Shown: positions 51,279 to 60,026 of the stretch, piece after piece | Numbering within the stretch: the first letter of the stretch is position 1 | Layout of the letters: every line of letters begins with the position of its first letter | Assembly: GCA_965205865.1 (NCBI GenBank) | Contig: CBDBHR010000030.1 | Span: 515,031-579,030, forward strand | DNA: 64,000 nt | Direction of reading: 5' to 3' | Source of the DNA: a bacterium | Lineage (GTDB): Bacteria; SAR324; NAC60-12 | Notes under the pieces: model-generated | Databases searched by the model: none | What the model was told of the DNA's origin: nothing | Seen by the model: the letters and a program-made list of their open reading frames with translations, nothing else | Made by a program: the position numbers and the translations under genes

Positions 51279-52049
51279 ATGCGTCCGCATCGCCGTTACA
51301 AAAACCCACCCATAGAAGAGGCGCTTTGTGAATTTCGCTTCAAACCGGGACGGGACTGGGACCTCTTCATTCCAGGTAAACTCCATTCCAAAATCGATGA
51401 GGAATATGGTGGTAAGCCACGGGAACAAAAAGTTGTCGAGTTGGGATTGGAAGCCCAGGGAGGCAAGCCTCCCAATCTGAGATATGGTGAAGCGTTGTCA
51501 ATTATCCAACTGGTCACGAAGGATGGCAAAAGGATAGTTGGGGTTGGACCCGACATACTCAACGTTCACATGCTGCGTCCCTATCAAAATCCTCTTGATC
51601 CTGAACGCAGTGGATGGGACGAGTTCAAACCCCGGATTTCAGAAGCGCTCGATGCATACTGGAAGGTGGCTAAGCCAATTGGTGTATGTAGGATTGGTAT
51701 TCGGTACATAAACAAAATCCTCATACCACAGAAAACGGTAGAGGTCGAGGAATATCTCAAGTGTGCTTTGCCGGTTGTAAGAGGATTGCCAGATCGCCGG
51801 AAGCACTTTGTGAGCCGTGTTGATTATGACTATGGAGACGGTATGCGTCTGGGTTTGTCTCAGCGATCGATCAAGGCCCCTCCGGATCACATGGGTTTTC
51901 TGCTTGATCTTGACGTCATTTGGGAGAACTCCAAATCGCTTGCGCAGGACAAAGCATTGGAAAAAGTAGGTGACTTGCGCACTCGTGAAAGAGAAGCATT
52001 CGAAACTGTCATCACGGATAAAGCCAGGGAACTCTTCGATGCCGATTGA
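51279..52049 (+). CDS. Uncharacterized protein, TIGR04255-family-like, first gene of the three-gene operon.
   Basis: 256 aa; GGAGG RBS 8 nt upstream. N-terminal Y..PPIEEALCEFRF pattern recalled as typical of TIGR04255 proteins (from memory, not searched). Confidence 0.55.
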   Translation: MRPHRRYKNPPIEEALCEFRFKPGRDWDLFIPGKLHSKIDEEYGGKPREQKVVELGLEAQGGKPPNLRYGEALSIIQLVTKDGKRIVGVGPDILNVHMLRPYQNPLDPERSGWDEFKPRISEALDAYWKVAKPIGVCRIGIRYINKILIPQKTVEVEEYLKCALPVVRGLPDRRKHFVSRVDYDYGDGMRLGLSQRSIKAPPDHMGFLLDLDVIWENSKSLAQDKALEKVGDLRTREREAFETVITDKARELFDAD

Positions 52050-52761
52050 AAAATACGTACCTGCGCGTTCCAGAACCTCGACCTTTGATTCGGACACATT
52101 CTTTAAGATGGACGAATCGGGAGTGGCCTATGCCTCCCCGCATTGGCTCACCGAGGGAAAGGAATCGTTTGCGGCTTCTTTAGACGCCGAGACACCGCAA
52201 AAAGCGATGGCGGATCTGTTCGAACTATTCCCTGAGCAAACGACAGTGGTCCCGGATAGTACTTTATGGGTTGCGCTTATTTTTCCTGTACTCGTGGATG
52301 CAGCCTGCTTCGAACCGGCAGTCTCGCAACAGGCGCCTGTTGAAGGTCGAGAACAAAAACTGCTTGCGGCCAAACTGTGGACGTCCTTTGAAGCCGACAC
52401 CCTTGAAGACGGAATGGAACATCCAGCCGAGCAGATTATTGGAAAGGCGTTGCGATCCGAGGAAGAACTGCGCGTTCTTGAATGGTTCAGGGCTTTTGCT
52501 TTGGATGCTGAACGGCCGAGCTTTGCGGCATCGGTTCTGCGTTGCCTGGGACGTCAAATGCATCCGGGGACGGATTCATGGCGTGTTGAACTCGTGCGTG
52601 ACGCGCTGGCCATGGATGATGTGGAGATCAGGGACGCAGCCGCACAAGCAGCTGAATCGTGGGGTGGCCGGGATCTGATCGAGGTTCTAACGTCTCATCG
52701 TGAGCCGGAACCTTGGCTTCGAGACTACATTCGGGACATCATTGATGACCTGAGGGAGTAG
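52039..52761 (+). CDS. Uncharacterized acidic protein (possible helical-repeat fold), second gene of the three-gene operon.
   Basis: ATG overlaps the upstream stop by 11 nt (translational coupling). 240 aa; no recognizable catalytic motif. Confidence 0.5.
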   Translation: MPIEKYVPARSRTSTFDSDTFFKMDESGVAYASPHWLTEGKESFAASLDAETPQKAMADLFELFPEQTTVVPDSTLWVALIFPVLVDAACFEPAVSQQAPVEGREQKLLAAKLWTSFEADTLEDGMEHPAEQIIGKALRSEEELRVLEWFRAFALDAERPSFAASVLRCLGRQMHPGTDSWRVELVRDALAMDDVEIRDAAAQAAESWGGRDLIEVLTSHREPEPWLRDYIRDIIDDLRE

Positions 52762-52764
52762 GGG

Positions 52765-53280
52765 ATGTTCCTGGCACGCAAGATTACACGCGCCAAGTGG
52801 CGCCCCAAGGAGGAATTGTCGGTGGAAGAAATTCCGGCCGATGCGGTGACTGTTGATCTGAGGACACAGGAAAACTCGTTGTCTTTCTGGCAGTGTAGCA
52901 TCGGGGAAGAGGCCGAAGTCGAAGAGGTGGCGCTGGCGATAGCCGCCGCAGGTGAACGTATCGATAAGCTCGACATCGTTTGGTTTTCCGATGACGAGCT
53001 GCGGGCTGACAGCCAACAGTGGAAAAAAACCGACGGACGAACACCCGTTGCAGAGTTGGTCAGGCGACATGTCGATGTGTATCGTCTCGACTACGTGCGC
53101 CTCGGAAAAGTCGCTTCTCGTATCGCTACTGCAATAAAAGAGAGCCGATTCCGGCGGCTATCGAAGAAGCGTGTTACAGATCTCCTTGCGACAGCAGTCG
53201 AACAAGAACGTGTCAAACTGGACGACCTTGATAGTCGTGTCCATACAGAGGTGCGTGAGTCGCTCGGGGTAGAGAGATGA
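52765..53280 (+). CDS. Uncharacterized protein, third gene of the three-gene operon.
   Basis: ATG 4 nt after the upstream stop, with a GGGAG RBS. 171 aa; no recognizable motif. Confidence 0.5.
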   Translation: MFLARKITRAKWRPKEELSVEEIPADAVTVDLRTQENSLSFWQCSIGEEAEVEEVALAIAAAGERIDKLDIVWFSDDELRADSQQWKKTDGRTPVAELVRRHVDVYRLDYVRLGKVASRIATAIKESRFRRLSKKRVTDLLATAVEQERVKLDDLDSRVHTEVRESLGVER

Positions 53281-53308
53281 TCCATGCACTGCTAATGGTT
53301 GTACGAAT

Positions 53309-53350
53309 TGAAATGGGGTCAGGCTGAAATGGGGTCAGGCTTGCATATTG
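53309..53350. repeat. Right inverted repeat (IR-R) of the cassette, with internal tandem duplication of gaaatggggtcaggct.
   Basis: ggggtcaggcttgcatatt (53331-53349) is a perfect reverse complement of IR-L. The 16-mer is duplicated at 53309-53324 and 53325-53340. Confidence 0.85.
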
Positions 53351-53532
53351 GTATTTGGGAATTGTCTCGAGTGCAGGAGTTCTTCAGCCAACCTTGGATC
53401 GACTCTCGTCTGGGTTTCCAAGGCAATGCGTTGTCGGCTCAACGAGGAAAGGTCTCTTTGATAATACTGAGCCTCCTCCTCTAAGAGCCCGCCCTTTTCC
53501 GTATAAAAGAGCGTCATCCTTCCTCATATATA

Positions 53533-53556
53533 AATATGCAAGCATGACCACATTTT
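53533..53556. repeat. Third, diverged copy of the IR sequence in IR-L orientation, just downstream of the wecA-like gene.
   Basis: aatatgcaagcatgaccacatttt vs IR-L aatatgcaagcctgacccctttt. Confidence 0.6.
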
Positions 53557-53572
53557 CGTCCGGGGTTTTTTT

Positions 53573-54697
53573 CTAATGTTGACGTCCCCGGAATCTTCTC
53601 GCCAGTCTTTTGGGGATTCGCAGAATAGGATGGCGACGCAGCAATGCCACTCGTCGGTAAACCATGAAGTATAGAATGAACTGCAACACGAATGCCAGCA
53701 TTGCCCATTCCCGGGTGTGTGGAATAAATACGGCGAAAACCAGACTGCTCATTGTTCCTCCCCAGAGCAGCACGCTGGTGATGGCATTGGCGAGCTTTTC
53801 GTTTTTCAGCGATTTTGCAATCTTGCGGGCATAGGTCCGGTAGACCAACATATGCAGGTGTACTTTATCCGGTCTGGTGGGTCGATGGCGCTTACGGATC
53901 GTTTTTCGAATAATCGAATGAACGATTTCCAGCAGCGGATATGCCAGGATCATGATGCTGACCCATTCCGATATTTCCGGATTTCGTACGGGAAGCATGA
54001 CCGCCAGGGCGCCAAGCAGGAAACCCGCGAAATAGGCTCCTCCATCTCCCAGAAAAATGTATCCCCAGGGAAAATTCACCAAGAGGAACCCCAACAGAAC
54101 TGCGACGATAATGGCCGCCAACAAGACCAATTCGTAATCATCCACCATATAGGCCACAACTCCGAACGCCGAAGCCATGATGATCACGGCTCCCGCGGCC
54201 AGGCCGTTAAAACCATCGATGACGTTGATGGCGTTAGTCAGACCGCTTATTGCGAGAGCGGTGAATACGAGTGAGACGAAATGCCGCTCGATGAGATCGT
54301 CGACCAGATAGACTTCCGTTTGGGTCACCGAGTATCCGGTCATCACGCAGAAAAGCAGACCCGAAATTATCGTTGCCAGCAGGCGCAAGACGACCGGCGC
54401 TCTTTTGGTCAAATCTTCCATCAGACCCGCAAGGAAAGCCGGGCTGCCACTCATGCCAAGCACGATCAACAGACTTTGCGTTGGTTGGGAAGTCGCCATC
54501 ACGACCATCCAGAATCCGACGAACAGGGTCAGCCCGCCGATCCTCGGTGTCGGCTTATCGTGAAACTTCTGGGGTCCCGTGAAGGTATCGAAGGTAAGAG
54601 AACCATGCCAGCGCTTGCTGAGCACGATCAGAACGCTGCCGAGTAAGGAGACAAAAAAACCGCTCGATAGCGGCCATAATTCTGAAAGAGCAAACAT
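53573..54697 (-). CDS. wecA: Undecaprenyl-phosphate N-acetylhexosamine-1-phosphate transferase (WecA/WbpL/MraY family, GT4 polyprenyl-phosphate transferase).
   Basis: Polytopic membrane protein with NAINVIDGFNGLAAG and other MraY/WecA motifs. 374 aa. Confidence 0.8.
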   Translation of the reverse strand: MFALSELWPLSSGFFVSLLGSVLIVLSKRWHGSLTFDTFTGPQKFHDKPTPRIGGLTLFVGFWMVVMATSQPTQSLLIVLGMSGSPAFLAGLMEDLTKRAPVVLRLLATIISGLLFCVMTGYSVTQTEVYLVDDLIERHFVSLVFTALAISGLTNAINVIDGFNGLAAGAVIIMASAFGVVAYMVDDYELVLLAAIIVAVLLGFLLVNFPWGYIFLGDGGAYFAGFLLGALAVMLPVRNPEISEWVSIMILAYPLLEIVHSIIRKTIRKRHRPTRPDKVHLHMLVYRTYARKIAKSLKNEKLANAITSVLLWGGTMSSLVFAVFIPHTREWAMLAFVLQFILYFMVYRRVALLRRHPILRIPKRLARRFRGRQH

Positions 54698-54745
54698 TTG
54701 CGAACAATTCCTGGTTTCCGTCTCAAAGCCTGTCCGAATCCTGCT

Positions 54746-54860
54746 TCAGGACTGTTCTTTGGCTTTTCCGGCACATTCCGTGATGGCTTTTTCCTGCAGG
54801 AAAGAAGGCATTGCGGCGTATTTTTCAAAATTCATCGTATAGGTGGCTTTTCCTACAATG
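54746..54860 (-). pseudogene. Remnant of the 3' end of an EF-G (fusA2-like) gene.
   Basis: Reverse strand translates to [36 protein letters not shown], against the fusA2 C-terminus [40 protein letters not shown] identity about 80% to 28933-29060. Confidence 0.7.
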
Positions 54861-55065
54861 AAACTTCTATACCAGGTATTAAGGGATCACAAGCTTTTAT
54901 CAAATCATAATGCGCGTCCTCATTGCGCCCCGGCCAAAACACAGTCGCTGGTGATGATCGACTTTTTGGTCCGTCACGGTCACCTTGACCCGCATGATCC
55001 CCATTTTTTGGAAATCGTCCATGGATTACGGTGGCTTCGTTGAGGATTATATGGGCAAATTTCCC

Positions 55066-55094
55066 TTGCCAGAGGTTGCAACTTGTATTATAAA
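55066..55094 (+). promoter_or_regulatory. Candidate sigma70 promoter for the rfaH-like / polysaccharide operon.
   Basis: TTGCCA, 17-nt spacer, TATAAA. Confidence 0.3.
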
Positions 55095-55238
55095 ATTATC
55101 CCTGAAAGAGACTCTACGAATGACCACAATTAATTTCATTTTTGTAGTAGCGTCTTATTGGGTACATTTCTCCGGATTCACGCTTTGTGACCATCGAAAT
55201 CATCCGGATTTGGAGTCGCTGATTTCTGAACGCCCTGA

Positions 55239-55796
55239 ATGTCTGAAGTCGAAATGCAGTACAGCAGCACAGAAAACTGGTACGCGCTCCGTATCCGTTC
55301 CAGGTTCGACCAATTGTCGGAAAGGGCGCTGAAGAACAAACGATTCGAGGTTTTCAATCCAACCTACCACGAATGGAGTCGACGCAAGGATCGTAAAAAA
55401 CTATTGAGAAAATCCATATTCAAGGAATACATGTTTTTACGAACCACCCTGACTGCGGAGATTCACCTGGAAGTATTGAAAACCTATGGAGTAATGCTAC
55501 TCTTGCAAAACCGTACCGGTCCGGTCCCGATCCCCGACAGTCAAATCGCCAACATACGCCTGCTCGAGCAGCACGTGGGACGCTGTTTCCACGCTCCGGA
55601 ATATGCGCAGGGGGATTGGGTCCGTATCCGTGATGGGGTTATGGAAGGTTTGGTTGGTCAAATTGATTGGATGAAAAAAAATCTATTACGCATCACAGTC
55701 AACGGCATTGCCGGATCGGTTGCCATCGAAGTCAATCCGCATCAGGTGGAACTGCTGGAAAAGGACCCGGTCTACAAGGCAGTGGTCAGTCACTAG
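55239..55796 (+). CDS. rfaH: NusG-paralog transcription antiterminator (RfaH/UpxY-like), leading the polysaccharide gene cluster.
   Basis: NusG N-terminal-domain signature (WYALRIRSRFDQ) and C-terminal KOW-like region (GDWVRIRDGVMEGLVGQI). Confidence 0.6.
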   Translation: MSEVEMQYSSTENWYALRIRSRFDQLSERALKNKRFEVFNPTYHEWSRRKDRKKLLRKSIFKEYMFLRTTLTAEIHLEVLKTYGVMLLLQNRTGPVPIPDSQIANIRLLEQHVGRCFHAPEYAQGDWVRIRDGVMEGLVGQIDWMKKNLLRITVNGIAGSVAIEVNPHQVELLEKDPVYKAVVSH

Positions 55797-55913
55797 TCCT
55801 TTTTTTCTGCGCCGCATTTTGTCCGGTGCATTCCCGGGTCATGTAACGCAGATGGCGAAGCTTGCTCAAAAATAAAAGAATCAATTGAACCTACTCAAAA
55901 GGAGAAACGCATA

Positions 55914-57211
55914 ATGTCGGATCAACCAATTTCGCCGGTCGAAGATTCCGAAATCGATTTGCTCCACGTCTTCGCCGTCATCTGGCGCAGGAAATGGTTG
56001 ATCGCCGGCGGTACGCTCATCGTTCTCGTTGCCGCCTGGTTTGCCTGCGCCAATCTTCCCAAGGCGTACCAGGTTACCGTCAAGATCTGGCCGGTCCACA
56101 CCCCGGCGATTGGCGGAGAACTGACGTCGGGCGGAACCAATAGAGTGGACATGGAGGCCATCGTCAAACCGATCGTGGCATTTTTTCAAAACTATTCCCT
56201 GGCCGAGAGCGCCATTCGAGAGTTCGAACTGGACAAATCTCCATTCGACCTGACGGCGAGCGCTTTCCTCGAAGGAAACGTAGACGTGCAACTGGACCGG
56301 AAAACCAATTTGATCAATTTCAGTCGTGGAACTGACAGACGCCGCTTTGGCATGGGAGGTTGTGAATTACATGGCCCGTGAAGGGATCGAGAGGTACTCT
56401 CAGCTTGTCCAGAAAAAATTTACGCAGGAATGCGGATTACCTGGTGAGCCAACTGGATGAGAGCAGGATGCAATTGAAAAAGGAGGGGGAAGCGCTGACC
56501 GCCTTCCAACAGAAGGCCAACACGACCAGCCTGACTGGTCGCAAGTATTTTTTGCAGAGCCAGAGCGATGAACTTGCCGGCAAGATCGTCGAGGCGGAAA
56601 TCGAACTGGCGGCAAAAGGCGCGGAAATTCTCGTGCTGGAGGATGCGGTCAAGGGAAACAACCAGAGCACGGGGGCGAATGCATCTCCCAGTGGAGCAAA
56701 AATAAGCAGGGAGGAAACCAGTTCTTCAAATGATGGCCTTGATTCCATGCGGCTGCTTACCGAAGGACTGAAAAATTTTTTCGAAAATAACGAGGCGAGA
56801 TTGATTCGAAACAAGGCAGAGTATGCATCGTTGCAGGCGGGCAAGGAAAAGATGGAGCAAACTAAACGTGAGACCGAGGCGGAGCTCGCCTTGATCGAAG
56901 AACAGCTCGCCACGGTGAGCGTCGAAGAAGAAAAGTTGCGTCGTAAACTGGAGTTGACGAACAAGATGAATGAACTCACCGAGTTGGAATTGGTGAAAAG
57001 CAGGAATGCCTCGGAGTTGCTGGTTCAACAAATCGCAATCGTGGATACCGGGGGCATACCCCAGAAACCGGTTCGTCCTCGAGTGCTTTTCATTACCGCC
57101 CTGTCCGGTGCCGTGGCTTTCTCATTTTTCACCTTCCTTGCGTTTCTAATGGAGGAAGCCGTCAGGCGTCGTGAGATCCGTACATTGGAAAGACCTGCTT
57201 CGCTGTCCTGA
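55914..57211 (+). pseudogene. wzz: Polysaccharide chain-length determinant (Wzz/PCP family) gene interrupted by frameshift(s) around 56313-56415.
   Basis: N-terminal Wzz domain with TM helix in frame 0 (ORF 55914..56381). The expected continuation ELTDAALAWEVVNYMAREGIERYSQLVQKK is in frame +1. The remainder (LRRNADYLVSQLDES..coiled coil..C-terminal TM) is in frame +2 (ORF 56378..57211). An A6 homopolymer lies at 56406-56411. Confidence 0.6.
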
Positions 57212-58604
57212 CGGATACAGCAATGAATGCAACTATTGGGTTAACCAAATGAGAGCGCTATTCTGGCTGCTAGCTGTAATTGTTCTGCTGAACCTGAATA
57301 GCGCAACTCATATGTTTACCGGCGTGCCGAGCGCGTTTAAACCGGTACTTGTTCTTTGCTCTCTGCTCCTGATTTTGATTGGTTTGCTCAAGGTTCCGCC
57401 GGGGCGTGCCCTTGGAGTACCTGGCCTGCTGATCATTGCCGCCTTGGGGTCGTACCTGGTCATTGCCTCGACAGTGTCCCTCACCACCGGCTTCGGCCCG
57501 GTTTGGGATGCCTGGGAACATTTTGAGGATTACGCCAGCTCCATTATTTTGATTCTGGCCGCGGCTCTCGGTGGATACTCGGTGATGCGAATTATGGGCA
57601 GCGAAACGCTCCTGAAAGTACTACTCGTGCTCTTGACCGTGGATTGCATTGCCATATTGGCCACGCCCTTATTATCTGAATTTTACGTCATCAGTGGTCT
57701 ATCGCCATATCGCTTCCTTGGAAACTTTAAGAACCCCAATGTCGCTGGTCTGATTGGATGTCTGACGGCAGTGTTGGCCCTGTCTTTTCTTCAAGTCCGC
57801 CGGCATCGATGGTTCGCTTACCTGGCGTTGACCCTGGCCGTGGGAGCCACTGTCGGGACGTTTTCGAGAGCCGCTTTCCTGATTTTGATCTTCGTCCTGA
57901 TGGTTTTCTTTTTATTCAACTATCGCGGGAAAGCATTTGTTGTCAAGTGGTTGTCTCTCGTGGTTCCGATCGGCGTCATTTTCCTGATGATCGTGGATTT
58001 GGACCTCTTTGTCTTGGAACAACGATGGCAACGGTTATGGGAAATAGCTACGTTGCTTCCCGGTTACGAGGTTACCGATTCATCAATAAGTGAAAGACAG
58101 GAATTGTTAGTCCTGGCTCTGGATGAGACAGCAAAATCTCCTCTCTTTGGTAATGGTCTCGGCACGATTCATTCACTGGATCATGCCCCATACAGCTCGC
58201 AAGGCGTACCTCAGGGTGCTCACAATCTATACCTGATTTTAATAGGAGAAGCTGGCATTTTTCCGCTGGTGTTTTTTTTATTGTTTCTCGGTTCCTTACT
58301 GCGATTGCGCTTGACGACATCGAAATCCGTTGCCAGGGATGCCGTTGTCGGTTGGGCGATTGTCATTGGCATGGCTTGCATGGCCTCCCATAATATACTG
58401 GCTATGAGAACAGTCGACTTCCTTATCGGTTTGAGTTGCGCAATGGTGGCCGGCTATCGGAGAATCCCAAACGCGCCGGGTAGCGAATCCCAGTCTTCTT
58501 TTTCAGCAATCAGTCAAGGCTGTAATCAAGTCGTGTTTGGCCAAACCGGTAGAGGAGGTCCATCGCAGAGAGAAAAGGGAAATGACTGTGTGTCTCCGAT
58601 CTGA
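57171..58604 (+). CDS. wzy: O-antigen polymerase/ligase family membrane protein (Wzy_C domain). Alternative start 57249 (MRALFWLLAV).
   Basis: About 10 TM helices and a large loop with GAHNLYLILIGEAGIFPL, typical of Wzy/WaaL proteins. Confidence 0.65.
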   Translation: MRSVHWKDLLRCPDGYSNECNYWVNQMRALFWLLAVIVLLNLNSATHMFTGVPSAFKPVLVLCSLLLILIGLLKVPPGRALGVPGLLIIAALGSYLVIASTVSLTTGFGPVWDAWEHFEDYASSIILILAAALGGYSVMRIMGSETLLKVLLVLLTVDCIAILATPLLSEFYVISGLSPYRFLGNFKNPNVAGLIGCLTAVLALSFLQVRRHRWFAYLALTLAVGATVGTFSRAAFLILIFVLMVFFLFNYRGKAFVVKWLSLVVPIGVIFLMIVDLDLFVLEQRWQRLWEIATLLPGYEVTDSSISERQELLVLALDETAKSPLFGNGLGTIHSLDHAPYSSQGVPQGAHNLYLILIGEAGIFPLVFFLLFLGSLLRLRLTTSKSVARDAVVGWAIVIGMACMASHNILAMRTVDFLIGLSCAMVAGYRRIPNAPGSESQSSFSAISQGCNQVVFGQTGRGGPSQREKGNDCVSPI

Positions 58605-58673
58605 CGTCTCGATGTTGCCTCATCCAAATCCTGCAAACCGCTGATAAGTCTACCAACGACCCGTAAGGCGCTG

Positions 58674-60026
58674 ATGACGACGGATTCCTCACAAGATCTG
58701 ATGACGACGGGCGGACAGGAGGTTGTCATGGTTTTGGCGACCAAGGCCGGGCTCTTTATAACCGGTCTTTTGATCCAGAGCCTGCTCGCCTACGCGCTCC
58801 TTCCGGAAGGCCGCGGGGAATATGCCGTATGCATCATGTTTGGAGGGCTGCTCGGAGTATTGTTTACGCCTGGGGCCGACCGGGGCTCGCAGTATTTCGT
58901 CATGGCGAAACAGATCAGCGTTTCTCAGGGCGTATCCGTTGCCCTGACCATCTGTCTGACGGGTACCGCATTGGCCCTAGTGCTGGTGGTTCCACTGATC
59001 CAAAGCGATATTGCCTTCTTTCGCAAGGCAAAACCCCACTCTTTGTACCTGGCACTCGCATTGGTCTTTCTCATGTCCTTCTCCACTTCACTTCAATTAC
59101 AACTCGCCGGGCTCAGGCGTTTCGCTCGACTCGCATTATTTACATTATCTCAGGCTATGTTTCACGTGCTGGCAATAATTTCTCTTGTTTGGGGCCTTGG
59201 TCTTGGAGTTGATGGCGCCATCGTATCGCTCACCCTCGGCCATCTCGTGATGATCATCGCTTGCCTCCTAGATCTCCGAAAGAATTGCCGTCTGGTGTTG
59301 GAAATGCCGTCTCGTTCCGGGCTGACTCGTGTTTTTAGTTACGGTCTGAAATACTACGTCGCGCGTGTCGGAGCTGAGGTCGGTTCGAAAGTTGGAGTCC
59401 TTTTCCTCGGATTGGTAGCGAGCCGTTCTGAAATTGGCTTCTTTGCTCTGGGAAGCTCACTCATGTTACAGGTATTCATGCTCTCGAATGCGGTCTCTGC
59501 CTCCTTGCTACCTCGCGTCTCAAGCGATGAGAAAGGACGGCCTGAACTTGTTGCATTCTGCGCACGCAGTTCGTGCTGGGCCACCGGTGTGGCTCTTGTC
59601 GCACTGCTCGCAGTCAGTACGCCGCTGATTCGAATCCTGTTTTCGGATGCTTTCCTTCCAGTGATTCCGCTTATCTGGATCATCGCACCCGGAATTTTCG
59701 TATACTCAGGTAGCAGTATTTTTAGAATATATTTTCTTGGTGTAAACCGTCCGGAAGTATGCTCCTGGGCCATATGGACTGGACTGAGCGCAAATCTCGT
59801 CGTGCTCGTTTGGCTCTACTCACAACTGGGTGTTGAAGCTGTTGCTTGGGCAATGACCACTGGTATGCTCTGTAATAGCGCATTTCTCTGGATCGCATAT
59901 CGGCGGACTACTCGTATGAGCTTTTTCTCGACATGGGTGCCAAAGCGTAGCGACATCAAATTACTATTGACCTCGGGTCGGTTATTATTCAGCCGTGTCT
60001 TCAGGGTGAGGTCCGGTGATGCTTGA
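58674..60026 (+). CDS. wzx: Polysaccharide flippase (MOP superfamily, Wzx-like).
   Basis: 450-aa membrane protein with about 12-14 TM helices, between wzy and the modification genes. Confidence 0.7.
   Translation: MTTDSSQDLMTTGGQEVVMVLATKAGLFITGLLIQSLLAYALLPEGRGEYAVCIMFGGLLGVLFTPGADRGSQYFVMAKQISVSQGVSVALTICLTGTALALVLVVPLIQSDIAFFRKAKPHSLYLALALVFLMSFSTSLQLQLAGLRRFARLALFTLSQAMFHVLAIISLVWGLGLGVDGAIVSLTLGHLVMIIACLLDLRKNCRLVLEMPSRSGLTRVFSYGLKYYVARVGAEVGSKVGVLFLGLVASRSEIGFFALGSSLMLQVFMLSNAVSASLLPRVSSDEKGRPELVAFCARSSCWATGVALVALLAVSTPLIRILFSDAFLPVIPLIWIIAPGIFVYSGSSIFRIYFLGVNRPEVCSWAIWTGLSANLVVLVWLYSQLGVEAVAWAMTTGMLCNSAFLWIAYRRTTRMSFFSTWVPKRSDIKLLLTSGRLLFSRVFRVRSGDA

Noticed and set aside
55796-55914. 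Looked for an ops element (GGCGGTAG) or JUMPStart downstream of the rfaH-like gene and in the cluster leader.
   Set aside because: No match found by eye, so it is not claimed.
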